Below, piece by piece: positions 1 through 15,350 of a stretch of 64,000 nt of DNA. The translations under genes and the position numbers were made by a program. Under the pieces are notes generated by a model. The model was not told the origin of the DNA. It saw only the letters and a list, made by a program, of their open reading frames with translations, and did not search any database. This stretch comes from Entomortierella parvispora E1425 (Eukaryota; Fungi; Mortierellomycota): contig BQFW01000006.1 in NCBI GenBank assembly GCA_020891255.1, positions 2,170,001 to 2,234,000 of the forward strand, written 5' to 3'. Each line of letters starts with the position of its first letter. Within the stretch, counting starts at the first letter, position 1.

Positions 1-241
1 CACGTGGTGATTTCCTTCACTCCTCTTTCACTCCCTTGGGTCCCCTGAACAAACGTCGATAGTCGACTGAGTGAATGAATGCTTTTTTATAATGTTGTTG
101 TTGATGATGATAATAACAATGGATGCATGTGGTGGGGTAATGGTAGTGGTGGTAGTGATAGCAGATGTAGTAGTAAACCGCTCGTTGGGCTGGCAGAATA
201 CAACATCCTCCAAAGTCGGTCTACACCTGGCTTCTTCCTCC

Positions 242-2515
242 TCAGTTGAACTTGACACTGCGAGCAAGACCAGTCTTGATACCAGTCTTCTCTCCTCCGT
301 ATGAGCCCTCCAGGCGAGTGAACACGCGCTTGACAGACTTGATCTTCTTCTTGGCCTGCTCGTACTTGTTTCTGTGCTTGACTCTGGGGTTGCGCTGCTC
401 CTTCTTGCGGTGAGGCGTAAGACCCTTGTTCTTGAGAATCTGCCACGAGATCGAACGCTTGTCGTTGGGATCCAGACTGGTATCTTCGAAGGATGTGCTA
501 AAAGAGTGAACATGAAAGGGTTAGCCATAGTGCTACATGTACAACCAGCATCCATTTCGACCGAGAAAAAAAAAAAAAAAAAAAGCTGCAACTGCTCCTC
601 GTACCTGTGCTCCAAATTCTCGTTCAAGGCCTTGCGGGCGGCCTTCTTGGCCTCCTTGGAACGGACAACCTCTTGGTAAAAGTCCTCACCGTCAGAGTCT
701 CCGCCACGTCCACCACGGCCCTCGTCACCACTAAACACATCATCATCAACACCGCGGGCATCAGCCTTATCCTTGGCAGACCACTCCAGATCATCCAGGT
801 CAGCATTCTCTGGGGCAGGAGCACTCTTGACGGCCTGTCTCTTCATCTGCTCCTGACGATCCTTGAATCTCTCACGGTAAGGGATATCTGTATCTCCTGA
901 TCCACGCAAGATCTTGGACCGCTTGTTGGCGCTCTGATCCAGCTTGGCGACATAGTCACGGAGTGATTTCTTCTTCTGCACCTTGTCCTCCAGGTCAACA
1001 TCCAAAAGCTCGTCCAGATCACCATAGTCACTTTCCAGTCTGGCGCGCTTCTTGTCTGATATTGACTTTCCGTTCTTCTTGGCCTTCTTGTGTGAAACAA
1101 ACTCGTCCTCTAATTCGACATTATACTCGAACTCCTTCTTGGAATCTGTCTTCTTCTTCTCGGCACCTTCCTTCTTACTCTTCTTAGCCTTGGCCGCCTT
1201 CTTGGCCTTGGCCTCCTCCTCCAACAAACGCTGCATCTCCTCCTCGTCAATCTCTTCTTCATCCTCCTCGTCCTCATCAGACTCGGCACCATTCTCCAGG
1301 ATATCCAAAAGATCCTCCATGCTCTCGCGGATGTTCTTCTTTTCTTCCAACTTTTCGAGCTTTCCAATGGACGTCTTCAACTCCAGCATGGCGTCGATGA
1401 CGGGGTGATCTCTAAGGTCGTTGGCGCTGGTATCTGGCGACGTCTTGAGGGTGATATAAAATGCAATGTTGGTCAAGTAGTTGATCAACGTTTGATACTT
1501 CAAACGCAAGAAAGGCATAGGTGCCATCGTCTCGGGAAGGGGCTTTGGCATAGCGCTGACCATCTCGAGGACCTCGGCCACAGCCTGGAGTTGCTCAGTC
1601 TTCTCCTTGAACTCTTCCACCAACTCGAGCAATTCGGGACTCTGGTTCTGCAACACCTTCAAGATCTCCTGCTTGGACAATTTGCTGATGCCAGCCTTGG
1701 CAATTTTCTCGACAACAACGCCACCGCTCTGGGCCTTCAACAAATCAATTCCCTGGAGTTCTCTGTCGAAACCCTCAACTAGGGCGCGGTCAGCATCCTT
1801 GTCACCGAGAGTGCCTCGTCCTGCAGCAGCGCCCCATGCAGTCTCTTCCTCTTCAGGGGCAAAATCTTCCTCGGACATTTCTGCAATACGCTTCTTTTGC
1901 AGTCTCAGAGCTTCCTCTTCCTCAGCCTTGGCAGTCTCCTCGTCCGACTCGATTTCGTCCGCATTATAGTAACTGCGCTTGCTCTTTCCCCAAGATGCCT
2001 CTATTAAACCGAAGAATACGACATGAGTTAATCCCTTCATATTAGGAAACAAAAGGTATCAACCTGATGAAGTCTGCAAAGTAACCTACTGTCGATATCT
2101 TCCTCCGAGTCTTCCTTAGCGCCACCGAAATCATCGTCCAAGTCTCCCAGGTCATCCTCAGACTCCTCCTCCTCATCATCTTCACCGTCATCGAGTCCGA
2201 AAACCTCCTCCTCGCTGCCTTCTGAATCGTCATTGTTGCGGTTAGCCATATCCATTTCGTGATCCAGGAGAACAGTGCCTCTGGCATCATGGACTAAGCG
2301 GATAGATGACGGTTTTACGAAACATTAGAAAACATTGTTGTTGAAACTATAGGTGCACAGTACGTGTTCCCAGAGGTATTTCTGGGCTTACATTCGTCTT
2401 CAGAGTCGTGCTCCATGTCGTCCCATGTGTTGACCGCCTTCATGCGGCTGCCACCACCGTCAAACTTCTTTTCGACGGCAGGGCGCTTCCTGCTTTGTCC
2501 TTTGCCCTTGGCCAT
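242..2515 (-). CDS. SAS10: Sas10/Utp3 SSU processome subunit (multi-exon)
   Basis: Exon 1 MAKGKGQSRKRP starts at 2515. The acidic middle region has Sas10/C1D-like LRLKYQTLINYLTNIAFYITLK. After intron 498-604 the last exon reads RSISWQILKNKGLTPHRKKEQRNPRVKHRNKYEQAKKK...GEKTGIKTGLARSVKFN*, the Sas10 C-terminal domain. Stop at 242-244. Confidence 0.93.
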
Positions 2516-2768
2516 AATGTTTTAATAAAGTTGTTGAGCACGCAAGACTCTTGTCGAATGCACAGATGGAAAGGGAGGGGGAGGAAATGAGCGATTGGAC
2601 AGGGGGGTAAATGCAGGTGATGGAGATGAAGGTGATCACTAATGGTTGCAGCCAGTCCTGTCGAATGCAGCTTTTGTGCTCAGGTTCATTTTTTTTTTTT
2701 TTTTGAGGCAGGACTGCTTATTGATTATGAAAAGCCACAATCGTCAACAATTTTGTTGATCACGTGAA

Positions 2769-5667
<2,899 letters not shown>

Positions 5668-6082
5668 ACGTTTGGGGAGGGGCAGAATCCTATTCATGGA
5701 CATCGCGCAGCGGTACAACTTTCGAGAGATTAGCCGCCTACTTGGGCGAAGCAAGTAGCTTGAGATCGACATGGTTGAGTCAGTCCCCTTTTTCACGTCG
5801 AACGCACAGGGCAGCCCTTCAAGACAGGTCATTTTTCAAACAATCAAGATAGGGCCGTGACTCAGTTGCGTGTGATGTGCGGCGAAATGATTTCTTGGTG
5901 GCACCAAAAAAAAAGCAGCGCCGGGACAATCATAAAAAGAAGAATAGCCGGGTGCTCCTTTCTTTCTTTTCGTCTTCATCATCAACACACAACCAGTTCC
6001 TTTTGAACAACCACCTCACACCCCCCCCCCCACACACACACACAAAGCCACAAAACCATAAAGCCAAACAGCAAAACCCATC

Positions 6083-6984
6083 ATGGTTGAGACAGCCTCA
6101 GCAGCCCCTGCCACGCAGCAGCAAAGTGACAACAAAGATCAATGGTCCTCTCAAAAGTACGACAAGCACGCCTCGTTCGTACCCGCCCTTGGTGCTCCTG
6201 TCCTTCGTCTCTTGGACCCCAAACCCCATGAACGCATCCTTGATCTTGGTGCTGGAGATGGAGTCTTGACCGTCGAGCTCCAGAAGCAATGTCAGTCAGT
6301 AGTAGCTGTTGACGCCAGCGCGGATATGATATCTGCCGCCCAACAGATTGGATGCAAGGATGCACGAGTCGTAGACGGACATGACTTGGTCGACGATCAA
6401 GAACTCGCCAGTGGACAATTCGATGCCGTTTTCTCGAATGCTGGTAAGGACCAACATTACATTTTATCACTCTTCCCCTCTTTGCGCCTGACGCCACAAA
6501 CCTAACTCAATCGGGCGCTTTGTAAATAGCCCTCCATTGGATGAAGAGAGACCCCCAGCGTGTGGTCGAGGGTGTCTACAAATGCCTCAAGCCTTCGGGT
6601 CGATTTGTGGCCGAATGTGGAGGTTACATGAATTGTAGCGAAGTCCGCACCGGTCTCCACGCGGCTCTCAAGAAACGTGGTCACAACCCCGAAGACTATG
6701 ATCCCTGGTTCTTCCCTGGCACCAAGACTTATACCCGTATGTTGGAGCAGCAGGGATTTAGGGTAGACTCCATCGAGTTGATCCCGAGATTGACGCCTTT
6801 GAACACAGATATCAAGGGATGGATCGAGACTTTTGGGTTCACGTTCATGAAGCCATTCGAGGGCGACGAGGAGACTCAACGAGAAATCCGAGAAGAAGTC
6901 CAGAACAACCTGAAGTTTTCGCAGGACGATGGCGTCTGGAGTATTATGTATGTTCGCCTGAGATTCAAGGCCACCAAGATCTAA
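6083..6984 (+). CDS. Class I SAM-dependent methyltransferase (Tam/trans-aconitate methyltransferase-like), one intron
   Basis: Motif I RILDLGAGDG, then VDASADMI, FDAVFSNA|ALHWMK and GRFVAECGG. Intron at about 6443-6529. Confidence 0.88.
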
Positions 6985-7947
6985 GGGTTGCCTGCCGAGG
7001 ATTGCAATTGGATACGATACACAGAAAACCACGAGCATACCAAACCTCATCTAGTTCCCAGCACAGCGACTCTATTCAACAGTATTCAGTTGGTAGGCAA
7101 CCATATAAGGATCTCAATAAACGCATGCGAAGGTTAGACCCGAGAAAGACATCCTTGGCCGCTTTACTTTTGCAACGCCAAACCTCCTACAAGTTGTATC
7201 TATTACCGGCATGGTCAATTGACACGTCCTCACCTCTATATCAATAACAAGGTGGCAAATGGGCCCCGCATTTTCCAATCCCCTTGATGATCATGTCGAT
7301 CACCTTCTGAATAATTGGTCATCCGAATGAGATAGACTATATTATTGATAGAAGACCATTCCTCCTCGTCGTCGTATATCCTAATGGTGCTCGGGTATGT
7401 ATAAATACGGCAAGTGTCGCTCAACATCCAGCTCTCCATCTTGGAATTAGTCACTGAGGTTGTTCTGTTGAGTTCATTTGCAAAATCGGGAAGTGTAATC
7501 AACTATTTTCTCCGGGATTCCTGGCAAGAAAGAAGCCAGGCCATTGCATCTCTTGTATATCTTTCGCGCCGCACCTAATCTTGTAGGATACTGCATGTTT
7601 TTCATCATAGATGACCCTGTCCTCCGTGGCATTAAATTGTGAAGCAAAGCAGTTTCCATTGCCCTCAATCGGTGGACAAAAAGTAGACAGTTCTAACTCT
7701 CAAAATCGGAGCGGGCTGTCGCTACAAAATCAAGTTAGAGACCACCCAAACCCTCCAGGAGCACCTTGGCCAAAGGTACTCATTCAGCAAATAAAAAATG
7801 TGACTGTTTGATCTGGAGGTAAACAAACCTTTTTCTTTTTTTTTTTGTTGTCTGCGTCTGGTCATTTCAGCGAGCGTCGAACATTCATTCGCATCGTTCG
7901 CATCAACCTTCAACTCAATCCCATCCTCCATCCCACACACATCAGAC

Positions 7948-9649
7948 ATGGACTCTCTCGAAGACGGACCCCAGGTCCAGGTCAAATTCATCACCCAGCA
8001 GCGCCAATTTGCCATTCCCGAGACTGCCATTCAGACCCCTGCTCGCCTCAGACGTTATGGTCTTTCACAAATTATCAACCTCGTCCTCCAGAATGAAGGC
8101 GGTGAGTGGACCAGGACCAGCGCCGAAAGAACGAAATGGGCTTTGATAAGACCCAAAGATCTCAGACCCTACTACCTTGTTACTAAAACGTAACCATCTC
8201 TCTCCTTTGACTAAAACAGAGAAGCAAAGACCTTTCGACTTTTTGATTGATGGCGAGTTCTTGAGGACTTCGTTGGCAGAGTACTTGGAGGAGAAGGGCA
8301 TGTCGACTGAGAACTTGTTGACGGTCGAGTATGTTGAATCTATGCTCCCCCCCACTCCTCTGTCCTCGTACGAGCACGATGATTGGGTCAGCGCTGTGAA
8401 GGCTCATCGTCAGGGAGGATTCTTGACTGGATCGTACGACAACCACGTTCGCCTCTGGAACAAGCAGGCGGAATGCACACAGGTCATGACCGGCCACAGC
8501 GGAGCTGTCAAGACTGTCCAGTGGCTCACATGTGATGGTAAAGGATCAACTTCCGTTCGTTCAACGCCTCTACTGGTCAACATTGGACTCAGTGGGAATC
8601 CGTTGGACTAACCTCCTTTTTTTTTTTTGTTCCCTTGGACCTATAGGCGACTCTGGCACTTTGTTGTCTGGAGCATTGGATAGATCTATCTTGGCTTGGG
8701 AGTACAACCAGTCGGACAACAGCCACTCTATTTTGTATGAGTGCAGAGGACACACTGGAGGAGTTGAAAGCATTGCCGTGAACGCAGCAGGCGACAGATT
8801 TGCCTCTGGATCTGCAGATGCTTCGATCAAGCTCTGGACGACAACTGTCCCCACTGTCAGCGACCATATTGAGGAAGTCACAGAGACTCGCAAGAAGCGG
8901 AAAACTGTCAAGGAGGACCGTATTCTCAAGGTAAGCACATTTCCCACCAACTTTTGCTGTTGCCCTCTTTAATTCTCCTGGTTGCTGATCCCGATGACCT
9001 TTTTTCAAAATTTATAGGCCCCTATTGCCAACTTCTCTGCCCACACTGGACCCGTTTCCGCCGTCGTCTTCAATCCCACATCCTCAGATACCCTTTACAG
9101 TGCTGGATGGGATCACTCTGTCCGTGTTTGGGATGTTGAGAACCACGTCAACCTTACCACCAAGGTACATTGAGTTACAAGGAACAGAGGGAGCACCAAC
9201 CCCGAAAGCACGTACTCGGAAGCACGTACTAACATCTATATCCCCCTTGTCTGATTTAGAACTGCGAAAAGGTCGTTCACTGCTTGGATTACTCTGCTCT
9301 TTCTGGACTCTTGGCCTCAGGCCATGCTGACCCTGTGATCCGTTTGTGGGATCCTCGTTCAGAAGACTCGTCTGTTGTGAAGCAGACTTTGAGCGGTCAT
9401 CAGAACTGGGTGTCGACTGTGTCCTGGTCTCCTACATCGTCATACATGCTTGCCAGCGGATCTTACGATGGATTGATCAAGGTTTGGGATATCCGTGCCA
9501 AGGGTGCTCTTTACACTTTGTCTCATGGAAAGGGATCCAAGAAGGTCTTCAGCATTGATTGGAGCGATGAGATTCTCTTGTCTGGAGGAGAAGATAACCA
9601 AATGAAGATCCACAAGATGCAGGACATGAGTGGACGGGACGAGGCATAG
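7948..9649 (+). CDS. YTM1: Ribosome biogenesis protein Ytm1/WDR12 (NLE/UBL domain plus WD40)
   Basis: QVQVKF...RRYGLSQIIN...PFDFLIDGEFLRTSL...ENLLTVEYVES...HDDWVS, followed by WD40 repeats (GHSGAV, GHTGGV, GHQNWV, SGSYDG). About 5 introns. Confidence 0.95.
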
Positions 9650-9990
9650 ATCCCCAATATTGAAAGATGATTTGAGAGTACCCTACAATTGCATTTTATA
9701 AACCCCCACATCTCAAAAAATACGGAATACGGCTAGTCTTCGAGTGAATATGTTGAGGAACTGTAAGCTATTTGTATGGAGTAATCATGACACCGAAATG
9801 TCAAAAGCTACGAGCAAGGAGTCGCACCTCTCCATAGCTGGTCAATGAGTCCAGCTCACTGAATGGTTGAGACGTTTGCAGGAGTCAGTCTTTCAATGCA
9901 AACACATTTGAGCTACTTGCTCGGACATGGTACGCAATACGGTCAGATTCAAGGCATCCACAGGTGAACGAGGAACAGCGCGATCAGGGA

Positions 9991-10895
9991 TCACCGAAGA
10001 ATAAGGAACGGCAGAAAGTTCTCGTGCTGAAACTCGATATCCTCTTCTCCTTGGATATCAACACTAAATATCAGAACATTGTACACCAGAGCAAGTCAGC
10101 CAGCTGCATCGTAGAGATGAACACGAAAACCAAGCCCATCGGTTGCCTTACGATTTTGCAGAGTACAGTCTCATTTGACGCATCTGCGTGTCCTTTCCTC
10201 CGAGATGGTTCGTAAGAATGGCGAACTGCAAAGCGAGAAGTGCTGGCGCATGGCCACTATTATTATCAATAAAAGTAAAAATCCAAAAAAAAAAAACACA
10301 AGCAACCCTGAATTAGATCATTTGAACTGCTTCCTGTTCTCCGTACGTCCTTCTGAAGAAATAACACGATTCTGAAAACACCGTCGTTTGCTGTACCTGC
10401 CAGGTGGATCCTCCAGACTGATGTGAGTCCATCCAGTGATTTGTGGCAAATCAACATATGTCAATTCTTGAACATCATACTCGGAAGGCCCCCCTCGGAC
10501 ACTGAGTCTGCATGCAGTATAACTCTCGTCCTGAGGGAAGTTCATGTAGACGGAAACTTTCAATACGCGCTTCCTCTTCGCAAACTTGACGTCAATGGTA
10601 TGTGGCTGTGGGCCACACGACCTGTAACAATGCAACCATAAATACTGTCAGTAGATGAACCTACGATTCCAAAAGGGCTCCGTAAAGAAGAATGGATGAT
10701 GTTCTTTCGCCATTACTGCCAGTAGGTTTCAAGGTCCCTATCGTTGATATTGTCGATTCCGTGGTTGGGGAGAGATGAGGATGCAGTCCATACGCCAGAG
10801 GTGCTGATTTCTCTCAGGTCCGCGCATTCCTCATCAGGGTGTCTGCCGGGCAGTGGCAATGCCACCGCGGGTTCTTCCAGCATTGAGTCGTCCAT
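9991..10895 (-). CDS. APC10: Anaphase-promoting complex subunit 10 (Doc1), multi-exon
   Basis: LREISTSGVWTASS...DLETYWQ|SCGPQPHTIDVKF...QDESYT...GWTHISL...ILTNHLGGKDTQMRQMRLYS: APC10/DOC domain. Start and last exon placed by eye. Confidence 0.88.
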
Positions 10896-11313
10896 AAGAT
10901 GCAAGTGGCGAACGTGGTGATGTGATGTTGCATGGACTCCAAAAAAGTACAAAAGTAGAAAAATTGGTGGCGCAACCTTGGGTGGCTTGGTCGACGAGAA
11001 TAAAACCTCGCTTCAAGTTGGCAAAGCTTCTTTTGAATCCTCTCAACTTTGGTATGTGATTCCGACCCTCGATCCATCCATCCGTATCTCGATCAGGACA
11101 GCCATCCATCCATCCATCTGCCCGACGTCAACACTTTGAGATTGCGGCACCCACTCACTGTTGCTTCTGGACATGGACATGGACTTGATAATGGACATTC
11201 GCACAGGATCACATCTGTATCAGGGATCAGAAAAAAAGGAAAAAAATTCTGACCATCGGACGACCTTCTCTTGCAATCCACTAGACCTTTAAATCCCTCG
11301 AACACTTATCATC

Positions 11314-12499
11314 ATGTCGAAGGCAGGCAAGAAGGAAGAATACTTCCAAAAGCTCAAGACCTACTTGTCTGAGTACAACTCCATCTTCATTGTCAACGTT
11401 GACAATGTCGGTTCCAACCAGATGCACGAGGTCCGTAAGGCTCTCCGTGGTGAGGCCAAGATCCTCATGGGTAAGAACACCATGGTCCGTCGCGCTATCC
11501 GCATCCTCCAGGCTGAGAACCCCGACTACGAGAAGCTCATGCCCTCCGTCCGCGGTAACATCGGTTTCGTTTTCACCAACGATGACTTGAAGACCATCCG
11601 TGACAAGGTTCTCACCAACCGTGTCAAGGCTCCCGCCAAGGCTGGTGCCCTCGCCCCCGTTGATGTGTTCATCCCCGCCGGTAACACCGGTATGGAGCCC
11701 GGTAAGACCTCTTTCTTCCAGGCTTTGGGTGTCCCCACCAAGATTGCCCGTGGTACCATTGAGATTATCAACGAGGTCCATTTGATCAAGGTCGGCATGC
11801 GCGTCGGTGCTTCCGAGGCTGCCCTCTTGAACATGTTGAACATCTCTCCCTTCACCTACGGTTTGAACGTCGTCCAGGTCTACGACCAGGGTACCGTTTT
11901 CCACCCCTCTGTCTTGGACATTGAGGAGGATACTCTTCTTTCCAACTTCGTTGCTGGTATCAAGAACATCGCCGCCATCTCCCTCCAGATCGGTTACCCC
12001 ACCGTTGCCTCGGTCCCCCACTCGATCATCAACTCCTACAAGAACTTGTTGGCCGTTTCCATCGCCACCGAGTACACTTTCCCCGGTGCCGAGAAGGTAA
12101 ATATTTGGAGTTTTACATGATTTTTTCATTACTTTTTTTTTCTGTATTTTTTTGTTCGGTTCGAGCCGTGTGATGAAAAACTTATTGTAGCCCGTCAAAC
12201 GGCTGTGACGAGATAATCAAACACTCTAATTTTTTCCTGATGGTTCCTGAATACTCTTTCATTGACAATCGTCGTTCATTGTCTGGACAATGTTGAGAAA
12301 ACCATGGAAACTAATCGCTCCTGTTCATTTTTGAACCGTTTCAATCAATCAGGTCAAGGCTTACCTCGCCGATCCCTCCGCTTTCGCTGTTGCCGCTGCC
12401 CCCGCTGCTGCTTCCGCCTCCTCTGCCGCCAAGGTCGAGGAGAAGGTTGAGGAGAAGGAGGAGTCCGATGACGATATGGGATTCGGTCTTTTCGATTAA
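11314..12499 (+). CDS. RPP0: 60S acidic ribosomal protein P0 (uL10), one coding intron 12097-12352
   Basis: [20 protein letters not shown]...[32 protein letters not shown], and C-terminal [14 protein letters not shown]. Strong codon bias. Probable 5'UTR intron at about 11052-11284. Confidence 0.98.
12163..12246 (+). ncRNA. Intronic box C/D snoRNA (predicted 18S rRNA 2'-O-methylation guide)
   Basis: Lies in the RPP0 intron. C box GTGATGA at 12170-12176, C'-like TGTGACGA, D box CTGA at 12237-12240, and a 6-bp terminal stem GAGCCG/TGGTTC. The sequence AAACACTCTAATTTTTTC directly before box D is complementary to the conserved 18S segment GAAAAAATTAGAGTGTTT. Confidence 0.85.
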
Positions 12500-13007
12500 A
12501 TTCTTCAATCGCCTGAGCATCGTTCATTAACTTGAACAGTGTACAATAATAAAAATGGATTTTCGAAGGAAGCACTGCAAGGTGTGATCCTTGGATCCTT
12601 TTGTTGGAACCGAAAATAATGAGCAGAATATGATAAGTTTGTATGAAGATGTGAAAGAAAAAAATTACAGTGCATGGACAACGCATCAATTGACGAAAGA
12701 TCTTATTTACCGACATCTACGTCTCGAAACTGCTCAACTCTGGATATTGTTTTCAAACTGTTGGGCATGACCCACAACAGCACGACCATGGCGCTCACAG
12801 GCTCTAAGTCAACCTCTCTGAAAAACAATGGTTCAATGATAAAAAAAATAGGGGGCGGGTCTCCATCTTGGAGCTTCGCTAGTAGCTATGGCAATGGGAC
12901 AAACAAACAGCATGTAGTACAATATTATGGCAATCGTGATGCAGAAATATGATTGATTGGTGTTTTGTTGTTTATTATACAAGGACGGGATGGTATTCTT
13001 GGATTCA

Positions 13008-14987
13008 TTAATGGACGACGACCAATTCATAGTCGTCTGCATCTGACCGTGCCAAGTCCAAGGCTGCATCGACGATCAGGTCCAATGGGTCCACAGACTT
13101 TTCGGGAGACTCGGCCGATGTGCCTTCATTTTCGAAAGATGCAGCAGCTGGGACTGAGTCCTCAGTGGGCTCAAGCATCTCGTGGTCTTCAGACTCGGAT
13201 TCGGACTCGGTAGCGGTTGCCAACTCGGGCGCTGCTTCTTCAGTCTCAACCTCAGCAGCAGTGGTGGTGGCAGTGGCTTCAGACTCGGAGACAGGAGCAG
13301 CAGGAGCATCTTGCACATTGTATGGCTCAACCTGATCATCCTCGTCAATGGGCTCGGCCTCAACAGTGTCCTTCTCGTTGTTACCGGTGGTGTCAGGAAG
13401 AGATTCGATGTCCGAAGGAGCCTCAAGCTCATCAACTTCAGACTCAACCTCGGCAGGCTCAGGGGTGGACTCGGGGGCAGACTCAGAGATAACAGCGGTA
13501 GGGGCAATGGCAGTCGTGGAAGTGTTGGCAGCGACAGCAAGAGCTGCGGCCTCAGACTCGGGGCCTGCATTCAACACTGCCTTCTTGCCACTCGTGGTCT
13601 CTCGGTTCTTGAACTCGTCAACGAGATCCAAAAGGCCTTGACTCTTCTTGATCAACTCCTTTCTGCGGGATCGGACAGAGAGATCACCCTCACTCATGAC
13701 AGAGTCAATGCGGACCATGGCTCGAGTCAAGCTCTCCTCAATCTGCAAGACTTGCTTGTTGGGCTGTGCGTCCGCAATGATGTTGTTCAGCTCGCGGGAC
13801 AAATCGTCGATCGTAGATTCAATGAGGTTCAATTCGGAGTGCTTCTCGTGGAGGGTCTTTTGCTGCTCGTTCTGACGTTGCTGGCGCTCGCGGAGTATGT
13901 CAGCGGCACGGAGCTCAGGAGACGAGTGAGTAGAGGATGGAGCGGAGGTAGACTTGGCATTGGTGTTGGCGTTGGTGTTGGTGTTGGAGGCAGAGGTGTT
14001 CTTGGAAGGGTCCTTGGAAGAGTTCTTGGGGGAGCACTTGGGGGCGTAGGCAGAGGAGGGGACTTCAATCTCAGCGCCGAGAGCTGCCTCGACCATGGCC
14101 TTGATGTCAGGAAAAGTCAAAAAGTAGTTGCCAATGACATCCTCATCGTCGCTCTCTGCGGCTGCGGCGGTCTTCTTGGCCTGCTCAGCCTTCTTGGCCT
14201 GCTCAGCCTCCTTTTGCTTCTGAAGCTCGATCTGCTTCTGCTTCTGCTCCTCTTCTTGCTGCTGCTGCTGGAGTTGACGACGTTTGAATGGATGCTCGCC
14301 CTGGGAGGACTGCTGGCGCTTGAGATGGTGCTGGGGGAAGAAGATGGCATTCAAAAGAGTGCTCAAAGCATCCTCCTCATCCTCCTCCTCTTCTTCGTCG
14401 CTGGTCTGAGCCTCCGCGGCCTTCTTGGCGGCAGCAGCCTCGAGTGCAAGTTGGTGCTGGCGCTGCTGCTCCTGTTGGATACGCTTGCGTTGGATTGCCT
14501 CAGCCTTGGCCTTGGCCTGTGCATTGGCCCTAGCCTGCTGGGCTGCCTGCTGTTCTTGAATGTGCTGCAAGAAAAAGTGCTCGAGAACGGCCTGCTTCTG
14601 CTGCTGCTCCTGCTGTTGCTTCTTGTAAAGATGGATGGCTCTCTGCTCGGCCTCATACTCGGCCTGAGCGCGAGCCTTGGCAAGACGGCGCTGCTGCTGC
14701 AAGGCCAATTCTTGATCGATCAACTGCTGCTGACGGCGCTCAAAGGCCAATTGCTGCTGACGCTGTTGTTCCTGCTGCTGTTGGCGGAGATACTGCTGGC
14801 GGGCTTGCTTCTGCTGGCGTTTGCGCTCGAGAGCAGCAAGGAGAAGTTGTTCCTCTTCGTCGATCGAGTCCTCACCCTCATCGTCTGAAATGGCAGCGGT
14901 GGTGAAGGTGGGGAAGGTATAGATCGGCTGGTGCTGGTGGTAGCGCTGGCGACGAGAGGCCGCGGGATGAGAAAAGAGCGAGTACAT
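13008..14987 (-). CDS. BAG-domain co-chaperone-like protein, Q-rich coiled coil and acidic tail (paralog 1), intronless
   Basis: BAG-like helix bundle LQIEESLTRAMVRIDSVMSEGDLSVRSRRKELIKKSQGLLDLVD. Likely start MYSLFSHP at 14987. TATAAAA at 15182-15188. Confidence 0.8.
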   Translation of the reverse strand: MYSLFSHPAASRRQRYHQHQPIYTFPTFTTAAISDDEGEDSIDEEEQLLLAALERKRQQKQARQQYLRQQQQEQQRQQQLAFERRQQQLIDQELALQQQRRLAKARAQAEYEAEQRAIHLYKKQQQEQQQKQAVLEHFFLQHIQEQQAAQQARANAQAKAKAEAIQRKRIQQEQQRQHQLALEAAAAKKAAEAQTSDEEEEEDEEDALSTLLNAIFFPQHHLKRQQSSQGEHPFKRRQLQQQQQEEEQKQKQIELQKQKEAEQAKKAEQAKKTAAAAESDDEDVIGNYFLTFPDIKAMVEAALGAEIEVPSSAYAPKCSPKNSSKDPSKNTSASNTNTNANTNAKSTSAPSSTHSSPELRAADILRERQQRQNEQQKTLHEKHSELNLIESTIDDLSRELNNIIADAQPNKQVLQIEESLTRAMVRIDSVMSEGDLSVRSRRKELIKKSQGLLDLVDEFKNRETTSGKKAVLNAGPESEAAALAVAANTSTTAIAPTAVISESAPESTPEPAEVESEVDELEAPSDIESLPDTTGNNEKDTVEAEPIDEDDQVEPYNVQDAPAAPVSESEATATTTAAEVETEEAAPELATATESESESEDHEMLEPTEDSVPAAASFENEGTSAESPEKSVDPLDLIVDAALDLARSDADDYELVVVH

Positions 14988-15334
14988 ATTGAATGCTGTT
15001 TGTATAGTGATGGGGATTGATACTGAGGGTGGATGAATGGATGGAAAAAGGGCGGTGAGGGAAGTGAAGGAAGTGAATGGAGAGACTGGCAGCTGTTGTT
15101 GTGGCCCTTGAATCAAAGGGAATGTAAGTGATGAAGTTCTTTTTTGTGATGAGAGTCCTTTCTAGGCAAGATGCCGGTTCCTTTTATATTAAAAGAAGGT
15201 TATGTGCCTGTGTGCGTCTCCCGTGTTTCGTCATGGATGCTGAGCAAGCAGACATACGCGCAAGGCCCACTTGCGCGTTCTCGAATCCCCCCGAAGGCTC
15301 TGACAAATTCGATTTGTTGTGTCAGCAGAATCCA

Positions 15335-15350
15335 ATTCTAGCACCTTCGA
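15335..15350 (-). promoter_or_regulatory. Heat-shock-element-like site upstream of BAG paralog 1
   Basis: The minus strand reads CGAAGGTGCTAGAATT (GAA units 10 nt apart), conserved with the paralog 2 promoter. Confidence 0.4.

Noticed and set aside
28-497. ORF-track C-terminal extension of the 674-aa ORF to position 28
   Set aside because: Read-through of intron 498-604; the true Sas10 C-terminal exon is in another frame and stops at 242.
6083-6984. Methyltransferase as a horizontal transfer or secondary-metabolite cluster marker
   Set aside because: The family is common in fungi, the gene has a normal intron, and the neighbours are housekeeping genes.
7030-7700. Short minus-strand ORFs between the methyltransferase and YTM1
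   Set aside because: Stops in all frames and no recognisable motif; possibly a decayed gene, but not supportable.
11281-12198. 305-aa minus-strand ORF
   Set aside because: Antisense shadow of the highly codon-biased RPP0.
13182-14888. 568-aa plus-strand ORF (and 428-aa minus-strand ORF 30872-32158)
   Set aside because: Antisense shadows of the CAG/GAG-rich BAG genes; Leu-rich translation with no domain.
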